Assembly: GCA_031259085.1 (NCBI GenBank) | Contig: JAIRMA010000041.1 | Coordinates: forward strand, 1,116-65,115 | DNA: 64,000 nucleotides | Source: Christensenellaceae bacterium | GTDB taxonomy: Bacteria; Bacillota; Clostridia; Christensenellales; DTU072 | Direction: 5' to 3' | Shown: piece after piece, positions 56,852-64,000 of the stretch | How the letters are laid out: each line of letters begins with the position of its first letter | Numbering within the stretch: position 1 is the stretch's first letter | Program-made: the position numbers and the translations under genes | Notes under the pieces: generated by a model | The model's input: only the letters and a program-made list of their open reading frames with translations | Database searches by the model: none | What the model was told of the DNA's origin: nothing

Positions 56852-58427
56852 ATTGTCTCCATAATTAGATGCTTTGTAGCGCAAGATCAGCTCCTTTAGC
56901 CAATCTGAACTACAAGATTCTTAACAGTATTCGTATTAGATAGCTATAACGTTATTTTTTCAGTGTGTATTTCCCATTCTCATTTTCTAAGCTCTTTGAT
57001 TTAAACGAAGAAGCCTGTCTATAACAAGTGCTCTCCGTTAATTCATAAAACTTTAACTTTAGTTTATATAGCTTGATGATTTTAGTCCATCTCGCTACTC
57101 CAATCATGAACTTTTTATTTCATAGGTATCGCAGAATTGGCTTTATTTCAAACATATAATATCATTCTGGCTTTAATTCAGTTGACGCATAATCAAAATG
57201 TTTAACCACTAAATCTTGCAATAGATAACAAAATTTACACAAACTCGCTGGTACAACTAATTAGAGCTAGACAATATTAAGGAATAAAAATATCAAACCA
57301 TATAGCAATATCCTTTTCTCCACTATGTGAATTCAAATAGTCATTTTAGTATGATTGTCATTTATAACTCCTCAAAAGCCACGTGAGACACTGTTTGAAT
57401 GGACAACATTTACAAAAGTAATAGCACTTTTTTACGAGATTATATATTATCAGCCTCAATATAATAACACATGAGCTCAGTACTTATATGAAGTATTCTT
57501 TTGCAAGAACGTTCAAGTTAATGCAAATTGCATCATGCTAATATATTGACTTAAAAATACTGTTATTTCAAACTAAGTTTTAAAGTTAACATGAAAATCA
57601 CTGCTTAGATGTTATGTGAACTTAATACACTTATATTTCGAAGAATTTTTATTAATCCTTATAACCTATCGTTTCAACAATTATAACCCTAAAATTACAG
57701 TAAGTCAATATCTATTGTTATTGTTATGCTCCAATACATGCGTGATTTTCAGAAAGTTAATTATAATAGTATTTCCACCACGTAATTTATGGATTTTGTG
57801 AGAGTAGGCTAACTCTCGTTATCACTCCCGTTTTATTTCTGAATGTCAAGCTCCTTCATTCCACGGTCAAAATCACTTACCAACCCTTTCATTTCACGCT
57901 TCCGAATCAGGAGCAAGGTTTCTATATTTAGCGTAGTTGAAAGCCTTCATACATAATATCTCCTTAGTGTTAGCATAAGTTTAACACAAAATTATAGCGA
58001 AAGCAATCGGAGCTATGTAAATGCAAAAATTTACATTTCAAGGGTAGTATCCTTAAAAAGCAAGTGGACAGAGCGGGACAGATTTTTGCTCGATTTCTCC
58101 CGCGTTCTCACTGAATTTAACAGGCGGAATATTTAAGGGACTTAAATAGAAAAGTAAAGCAGCACACGTCTAAGTGGCGTTTTTCAATAAAACACAAAAA
58201 ATTTAAAAAGTGGGATAGAGAATGGTAAAAAACGACGCGTGGCGCACGCGATACAAAACATAAGTCTAGCTGATAGAGCGGATCTATTTTTCTAATTTTA
58301 CGCAGGTTTTCAAAACAATACAAAATAAAAAGCAATCAATGGGATACTTTCTAACCACGCAGAAAAAACTTGGAGAGATGCTTCTTAAAAAAGTAAGCAA
58401 ATGGGATAAAAGTGGCGAACGGTATAG

Positions 58428-58460
58428 GTAAAAAACAAAAAAGCCGTAAATAAACGGCTT
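58428..58460 (-). terminator. intrinsic terminator (minus strand)
   Basis: Read on the minus strand: AAGCCGT-TTATTT-ACGGCTT followed by TTTTTGTTTTTT. It lies about 125 nt downstream of the ORF ending at 58586. Confidence 0.65.
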
Positions 58461-58585
58461 CCCTACAAACAAAAACACGGCTTAACATGTTTCCTTTGTA
58501 TCCTATATGCCTTGAACAACTGATTTTGATACAATCAGACGCACTTTCAAGTTGCGTATGATTGTTTGCTCAAGGGTGCATTTTA

Positions 58586-59360
58586 TCATTTGGTATCACA
58601 CTTGTTGCTCTTGTGCTGTCCCAACCAGATGGGAAATAGCGACGAAATCCACTCCGACGCTTTACGTCTGCCCTCAAACGGGACATAGCCTTTGTATTTG
58701 TACTGATAATCAATCTTCCACTCGTTTGGCGCAACCTGTTTTTCTTTCAATAGCCGCGTGACACTCGCGGCACCGAACTCTTCCTTGAGCCCCGTTTTGC
58801 CGATAATGTAAACAATGTCAGTAAGTGAAAGCGCGTAGCTTTGAGGCATCATAATATCGGTGATATGCCGACAAATCGGCGTATCGGAGGATAACCGCAA
58901 GTACATATTATGGCGAAGCATATAGTCAGCACCTTGCTTAATTAGTGCGTTTACCTTGGAATCATTCAAGCGCTCCGCATAATCAATAAGCGCCAAAACA
59001 GTTTTGCCAATACCGATATAACACGGCGTTGTAGCAGGACACAAGTTCCTTCACGCCACCAAGCGGTGCAAAGCCCTCATTGGTGGCAATGCTCTTGTTT
59101 ATATACTCAATCAACCGCTGCGTATACGGCAACCGCTCCACATAGGGGATTTCACTGATACCCACAATCCGAAACACGGCGAATAAAGGATGTTCCATAT
59201 AATCTGCAGTGAGTTTTTTCACCAATTCGGAGGATTCCAAATGCTCTTCGATTGCCATATCGTTAAGCGATATATTCTGTTCAAACGCGAGCCTTAAGCG
59301 TAGCGCACTATCCATGTCCATTTCAGCGGCGATGTTGGGTAATGTTGGTGCTTCTCTCAT
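58586..59360 (-). pseudogene. frameshifted gene of unknown function (two overlapping ORF halves)
   Basis: ORFs 58983-59360 and 58586-59044 lie on the same strand in different frames and overlap by about 60 nt. Together they would make one ~255-aa protein. GC-rich composition. Confidence 0.5.
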
Positions 59361-59379
59361 CGTCCCACCTCATTCTTTC

Positions 59380-59913
59380 TCAGCAGTGCCATTTGCAGAC
59401 TGCTGGGTTTGGCTCGCTCTCCACAGCAACAGCCCGAAGTGCGGCGGTGTAGTCTGCGCAGACATCTTCGGCTATGACCTCGTACTCTTCTTTGTTTGCC
59501 TCAAATCCCAAGCGGTCGTAACCGACTGCCGCAGCGGCATAAAAAAGCAACCCGAGTGAATGCGGCGCGGCGTGTATGCTCCCTGCTGACTGCCCGATGG
59601 CTCTTGCGGCGGCCTGCGCAACAGGGTTATCGTTCAGTTCGCGGGCTGCCGCATGACATTCGTTCAGAATTATATTCTTCACATACGGCAGCTTTATCTT
59701 GCCGTCAAGCCACTCGCGAGCGGCGGCAATGGCATGAGCCGGACGATTGTCGTCCAGGCAATGACTCAAGAAAAGCGGCAACATTGTCCGCTCAGCGTAA
59801 TCAAGCGTCCAATTTGCGATGGTCGTCTTGCTCTGAGTTTCAATCAAGCGCATAAGTGCGACGGTTGAGGGAGCGTCAGCTTTTCCGTATGTTTTTCGTA
59901 GTTTTTTGTTCAT
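59380..59913 (-). CDS. hypothetical helical, Ala-rich protein
   Basis: 177-aa ORF in the GC-rich block with a 4-nt overlap with the upstream gene. No motif that I can name with confidence. Confidence 0.55.
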   Translation of the reverse strand: MNKKLRKTYGKADAPSTVALMRLIETQSKTTIANWTLDYAERTMLPLFLSHCLDDNRPAHAIAAAREWLDGKIKLPYVKNIILNECHAAARELNDNPVAQAAARAIGQSAGSIHAAPHSLGLLFYAAAAVGYDRLGFEANKEEYEVIAEDVCADYTAALRAVAVESEPNPAVCKWHC

Positions 59914-60698
59914 AAGCCAGCCATTTCCTTCTTAATTAGTGTCAACGCGACCTTCAACGCGGCGATCCTGTTGCGCTGTAATGTGTGCTGCGAAGTTCCC
60001 TCCGCAAACTTTCCAATAACCGCTTCGGCGCGGCGCAGAGCGTCAGAAAGCACGGCAAACGCTTCATTGAGTGTCGTATGTTCAATCGCCACAGCAGACG
60101 TTCCGTCTATCAGGGCAAGCGCGATGCCGCAAGCCTTCACGTTGTCGGTCATCATCCGATATTGCCATGTGTCAGCATTCAACTTACTTGACGCTTTCTC
60201 CGACTTGCTTTGCAGGGATAGTATCGCGCGGCGGGTTTCGCGGAGTTCTGCTTCACTGAAATAGCCCGTACCTTCGAGTGCCGCCGCATCTTCGATAATG
60301 GCCTTTGCCCACGTTGTGATACTGTCACAATATTCTTGTGCTGTATTATGTTTGACATCGGCTATTGTGACTCGCCATTTCACATCTTCTACTCCCAACA
60401 ATTTCTCGCCCTTTGTGATACTCGAGTCCCGCTTTGAATTAAAGCTGTTTTGCAGCATCTGTCTTGCAGCTTCCAGTTTCAATCCATCCTGTATGAATTG
60501 CGCGAGCAAATGGTAAGCGTCTATCCAGCCCGTCCTTGAATATCTGTTATGTTGCAGCATAAAACAAGGAACGCTGAGATGATGGACAACAAAATATTCA
60601 GGCACTTCCAGTTCTTTTGCTTGAAGCATATTGAATCTGTCATCACAAGTTTCATCTCCGATAAAAACCGCCCCGCATTTTTCACAGGTACATGCCAT
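59910..60698 (-). CDS. hypothetical protein with N-terminal Cys-pair (zinc-ribbon-like) segment
   Basis: 262 aa starting MACTCEKCGAVFIGDETCDDRF. The family is uncertain (possibly DUF5946-like). Confidence 0.55.
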   Translation of the reverse strand: MACTCEKCGAVFIGDETCDDRFNMLQAKELEVPEYFVVHHLSVPCFMLQHNRYSRTGWIDAYHLLAQFIQDGLKLEAARQMLQNSFNSKRDSSITKGEKLLGVEDVKWRVTIADVKHNTAQEYCDSITTWAKAIIEDAAALEGTGYFSEAELRETRRAILSLQSKSEKASSKLNADTWQYRMMTDNVKACGIALALIDGTSAVAIEHTTLNEAFAVLSDALRRAEAVIGKFAEGTSQHTLQRNRIAALKVALTLIKKEMAGL

Positions 60699-60708
60699 AA
60701 TGAATCCC

Positions 60709-61155
60709 TCAATATTTATCGTTTCCAGGCGCGAGTGTTTCTCCTTGCGGCGCTTCCTCTGCGACTACGTTCCAATTTACACCGAACCTGTCTGTAACGG
60801 CGGCGTGGAATACGCTGTAAAACGTATCCGTTGGCGGCAATGTCACCTCGCCATCCTTGCACAACGCTTTGAATGCTGCTTCTCCTTCGTTCCCTGTCGG
60901 AACAGTTACGGATAGCTTAATGTTGCCGCCGATAGCATGCGGAGGAGTTTCGTCCGCGAACCACACATTCGTGCCGCAGATGACCATTTCTCCGTGCATA
61001 ATCCAATCACTCAAACCCTGCGGCGGCGTTTGCGAACCCTCCGGGATGTAGTTGCCGTAATGCATAACTTTTGGTTCGTCGCAGTTAAACACAGTGCGAT
61101 AGAAGTCAAGCACCACTCTACACTTGCCATTAAACGTCAGATATGGTGTTACCAT
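60709..61155 (-). CDS. VOC-superfamily protein, PhnB-like
   Basis: MVTPYLTFNGKC...DFY...F, MHGEM and DRFGVNWNV match the PhnB / 3-demethylubiquinone-9 methyltransferase-domain pattern. Confidence 0.75.
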   Translation of the reverse strand: MVTPYLTFNGKCRVVLDFYRTVFNCDEPKVMHYGNYIPEGSQTPPQGLSDWIMHGEMVICGTNVWFADETPPHAIGGNIKLSVTVPTGNEGEAAFKALCKDGEVTLPPTDTFYSVFHAAVTDRFGVNWNVVAEEAPQGETLAPGNDKY

Positions 61156-61742
61156 TATGAATTCCCTCCTTGTTTCTTTTCGGCATTGGTCGTTGCTCTG
61201 TCCTGCACCTTCAACGCCTTAATCTGCGCTTTAATCTTCTTCATCGCCCAGTTGTAGTGGCTCGATGTAGCCGAAGCACAGTAGCTGCCAAGGTTTGTCG
61301 CGCCAGTCCATGCGAAGTGCTTTTTCTCGAATAATTCCTCATTACTGAACTGTTCAATCAGAGCGATGACCTTAGCATGGCTTTGTTTCAACATTTCACG
61401 GGATTGTTCGTAGTCGGTGGATTGATGTTGCTCCCAAAAGCCCACGTTCATATCGCCGTAAGTTTTCCATGTGTACGGATCCGGCAGGAAGGGCTTGCTT
61501 TCGCCGCTTTGGTTGGCGTTCACCCAGTTCAGCAAAAGCTGATGCCATTCGTAAAGATGAACAAGCACGTCACGGATATTCTGGTCGCGGCTCCAGTGAG
61601 CCTCTTTGCCCGCCGCTTCCGCATCAAAGCAAAACGGCGTGGTTTGGTCACTTTCCGGCATTGCGTTGATCAGCGCGAACAGCTTATCAAAGCCTGTGTT
61701 CGCAGCGGTCAGCAGTTCGTTTTTTGTTGTTGGTCTTGGCAT
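61155..61742 (-). CDS. ClbS/DfsB-family four-helix-bundle protein (DUF1706)
   Basis: PRPTTKNELL...F.KL..LI, WSRDQNIRDVLVHLYEWHQLLLNWV and SSHYNWAMKKIK are typical of the family. Confidence 0.75.
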   Translation of the reverse strand: MPRPTTKNELLTAANTGFDKLFALINAMPESDQTTPFCFDAEAAGKEAHWSRDQNIRDVLVHLYEWHQLLLNWVNANQSGESKPFLPDPYTWKTYGDMNVGFWEQHQSTDYEQSREMLKQSHAKVIALIEQFSNEELFEKKHFAWTGATNLGSYCASATSSHYNWAMKKIKAQIKALKVQDRATTNAEKKQGGNS

Positions 61743-61749
61743 AATAAAA

Positions 61750-62362
61750 TCAATCTCCCTTCATGAAAACCATGCAGTATGCCTTGCCGTCTGCTCCCGT
61801 CTGTGACTTGACGGAAAAGCCACATCGTTTGCTAGCGTCGGTTAACTGCATGAGACTATATTTCTTATATCCCTGCCGTGTCATTGGCAGTCTGTCGAGC
61901 GTGTCCTTTGTGTAGAGCGTATTTACGAACATGCCGCCCAGCTTGAGGATGCGGTGCATCTCGGCAAGCCCTTTGTCCAAATCATCCCAGAAATATAGAG
62001 TGTTGACTGTATAGACTTTGTCAAAAAGCCCATTCTCGAATCCCGTGCACAGCGCATCCGCCAAGGATAGCTCCATGCGCCCGCTCTGAATAGATCGACG
62101 ATTGCGCTTGGTTGCCAAAGCGAGGCTGTCCGGGAAGTGTCGATACCGCAAAGCTCGCCCCGTACCGCTTTGCTATATGCTCTAAAAGCCAGCCATTCCC
62201 GAAGCCGACATCGAGGACTTTATCTGCGGGCATTGGTGCAAGCACCGCTTTGGTAGCATCGTAGAGTGCCCGATTCTGGACATTCATTATCCATGTCGCC
62301 AATCTGCCGAAGGCGCCTGTCGGATTGTGGAATTGCCGACCGATATAGTCAATTAGGCTCAT
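61750..62362 (-). pseudogene. class I SAM-dependent methyltransferase, frameshifted
   Basis: The N-terminal ORF has VLDVGFGNGWLLEHI (motif I). After a frame change near 62100-62150 the second ORF continues with FENGLFDKVYTVNTLYFWDDL...LKLGGMFV. Confidence 0.7.
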
Positions 62363-63933
62363 TCCCTACCCCCGGGCTTATAACTCGTATACCGCCTGTC
62401 GCCGACTTTCTCAATCGTTCCGTCGGTGGCCATCTCACGAAGCAATGCTCGCATATACCCGTCGCTCAGTCCAAAAGCCTTGACCAAGTCCGCCGTTTTC
62501 ACCTCTCCGTGTTCTTGAATGAAGTTTTTGACTGCGATTTTTCTATCGGTTGTCGCCACCGATTGACCACCGATAGACCTCCGATAGACCTCCGATAACT
62601 TCGTACCTTCAACGATTCCAAGCTCCGCGAGATGTGCGAATTTTTCAGGCGAGATATCGACAATCTCGTCTTTGTTGTAGAACTTTGAAATCAATATATA
62701 GTCCTCGGTGGTGAGCTTCTCCAAACGCTCCTCTCCGATTTTATGAAACATCGTGAGTATGCGTTTTGCCGCGACCTGCCCGCTTATTGTCAGCTTCACG
62801 AAATAAGCGTCCGTACCCTTGAAGTCAGGCAGAGCCTTCGCTTCGCGGACGGCAAGCTCGTATATCAGATTCATGCCTTGCCCCGAGCGTTCCACAAGCC
62901 CGCAAAGCTGAAAAATCTTAGCGATGAGCAGGTTGCGGGGCGACTGCCTGTCGAGGATGTTGTCGACCGTTATTCCATAGGGGAAACCGCCGGGGCTTTC
63001 TATCACGAGCTTGTCGCGGTATTGGCGCACAAACACGCTTCCCGCGAGTTGATAATCGCGATGTGAAATCGCGTTAAGCAACGCCTCCCTGACGACGCGC
63101 TCGTTGAACGTGTCAATCGGAAAGACGAACATGCCGTCTTGGTAGTGCTGCTTGTCATTGCGGAGGTTGACGAGTTCCCAAATGCGGTCGTTGTAGTTGA
63201 AGAAGCCCTCGGTGAACTCCTCGCGCTGCGCCGCCGGACCCGACGCCTCTGATGAGCGGTACTCAAAGATTACCTCGGAGCGCGGGAGGTATTTTCGCAC
63301 AGCTTTTCTCGTTCCGAACAATATAAGGGCTGCGTATGTGACGCCGGTATCCGTTATGGCGTCGCAGTCGCGGAGAAGCTGCTCCGCGGATAAGGTTGCT
63401 ATGCGCTTGTTACCGCTGTACGTCGCCCACGTCTTGCGGAATGCGGAAATGGCCTTCTCGTCAAGGTCGGTGAGCGTTGCGCCACGGCAAACCTCGCCCG
63501 AGAAGTCAAAGCCGTTCTCGGCGTATATGCCTCGCCGAACATCCTCTGGCATTGGGATAAGGCTGTCCGCCTCATACCACCAAGCAATGCCGTCGACTTG
63601 CACGGGCAAGCCCACGGGGCGGCTTGCTACGTTGAACACAAGTACGCGCTTGCTTTCGCTCTCAAGAATCTCAAAGTCCACCATGACGTGGAGCTTGTCT
63701 ATCAGCCCCTTGCGTGTGCGCTCTGGCTGATCGAAAGCAGTGCTACCCACCACTTTGCGGGGGCGTTTGTCGCTTATGCCCATCACCAGTTTGCCGCCAC
63801 CTCGATTGGCGAGCGCACAGCAAATCCTCGCCGCTCCGCCGGAGTCAAAGCGGTTTTTCGCTTCCTTAAACTGTATATGCTCGCCTTCCGTAGCGACCAG
63901 CAACTCTTCAATGGTTGCGTGATTATTGCTCAT
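62359..63933 (-). CDS. AlbA_2 (Schlafen-like) DNA-binding + HATPase_c_4-like + C-terminal wHTH protein (RecG-like putative regulator family)
   Basis: N-terminal EGEHIQFKEAK...ALANRGGGKLVMGI, central REALLNAISHRDY, and a C-terminal HTH-like tail (TADLVKAFGLSDGYMRALLREM). Confidence 0.75.
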   Translation of the reverse strand: MSNNHATIEELLVATEGEHIQFKEAKNRFDSGGAARICCALANRGGGKLVMGISDKRPRKVVGSTAFDQPERTRKGLIDKLHVMVDFEILESESKRVLVFNVASRPVGLPVQVDGIAWWYEADSLIPMPEDVRRGIYAENGFDFSGEVCRGATLTDLDEKAISAFRKTWATYSGNKRIATLSAEQLLRDCDAITDTGVTYAALILFGTRKAVRKYLPRSEVIFEYRSSEASGPAAQREEFTEGFFNYNDRIWELVNLRNDKQHYQDGMFVFPIDTFNERVVREALLNAISHRDYQLAGSVFVRQYRDKLVIESPGGFPYGITVDNILDRQSPRNLLIAKIFQLCGLVERSGQGMNLIYELAVREAKALPDFKGTDAYFVKLTISGQVAAKRILTMFHKIGEERLEKLTTEDYILISKFYNKDEIVDISPEKFAHLAELGIVEGTKLSEVYRRSIGGQSVATTDRKIAVKNFIQEHGEVKTADLVKAFGLSDGYMRALLREMATDGTIEKVGDRRYTSYKPGGRE

Positions 63934-64000
63934 ACATCATTTCTCCTGACTTGTTTTGAACCAAATCTCGGGGCGCCGTGTCTCAGGGCGGACTTGAATT

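Noticed and set aside
57840-57952. A small minus-strand ORF with a good AAGGAG RBS at the AT/GC junction (MKAFNYAKYRNL..., continuing after a frame change as ...MKGLVSDFDRGMKELDIQK)
   Set aside because: It reads through only if a frameshift is assumed, and there is no family recognition. It is noted only as possible further evidence of decay in the island.
1-64000. Possibility of an alternative genetic code (TGA = Trp), given the very low GC content and Mollicutes-like feel
   Set aside because: Long conserved genes (asnS, dxr, ispG, aroA, the 2535-aa ORF) are uninterrupted under the standard code. Trp positions are TGG, and several genes end in TGA at the expected C-terminus. Code 11 fits.
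1-64000. Search for rRNA, tRNA, tmRNA, RNase P or CRISPR arrays
   Set aside because: I found no GGTTCGA(A/T)TCC-type T-arm, no rRNA-like conserved blocks, and no regularly spaced direct repeats with unique spacers. A by-eye absence is not proof; tRNAscan-SE, Infernal and a CRISPR finder should be run.

Overview
By eye this is a low-GC, AT-rich genome of Bacillota (Firmicutes) type. It uses the standard genetic code: long conserved genes carry no in-frame TGA.

Core content:
- purF (5' end cut by the window edge) and asnS.
- A frr-uppS-cdsA-dxr-rseP-ispG block.
- trkA-trkH, a fused ispDF, perR-rubrerythrin and rqcP.
- An eight-gene shikimate/aromatic operon: aroF-tyrA-aroB-aroA-aroC-pheA-aroE/K-aroQ.
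- An HD hydrolase and oadG-oadB.

Accessory or decayed patches lie between these:
1. 9.7-12.3 kb: a PolC-N-terminus-like OB-fold/exonuclease protein sits where polC normally lies, followed by a tandem stand-alone exonuclease paralog.
2. About 11.5 kb and 53.8-54.0 kb: a roughly 160-230 bp intergenic element with a 22-codon hydrophobic sORF, present twice in inverted orientation.
3. 13.3-16.4 kb: an IS5-like remnant plus a GC-richer patch. The patch holds an N-terminally truncated DUF4143 ATPase and a multiply frameshifted HaeIII-type m5C methyltransferase.
4. 16.7-19.6 kb: an operonic SF1/UvrD-like helicase with an extra toxin-like N-terminal module, plus a small coiled-coil protein. This is my best candidate for an undescribed defence-type module.
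5. 20.1-30.0 kb: a 2535-aa LRR lipoprotein and a repetitive membrane-anchored surface protein.
6. 33.6-34.9 kb: an IS remnant and a heavily decayed thrS paralog.
7. 39.6-42.7 kb: three triphosphate-tunnel (VTC/CYTH) domains. One gene is interrupted at a C7 tract, and a nonsense-disrupted AsnB-like PP-loop gene follows.
8. 42.85-43.03 kb: a leaderless 22-codon, half-aromatic leader peptide with a terminator hairpin in front of the aro operon.
9. 57.8-64.0 kb: a clearly GC-richer block of minus-strand genes, two of them frameshifted, running to the window end.

No rRNA, tRNA or CRISPR array was recognised. All family calls rest on motif recognition by eye; no searches were run.
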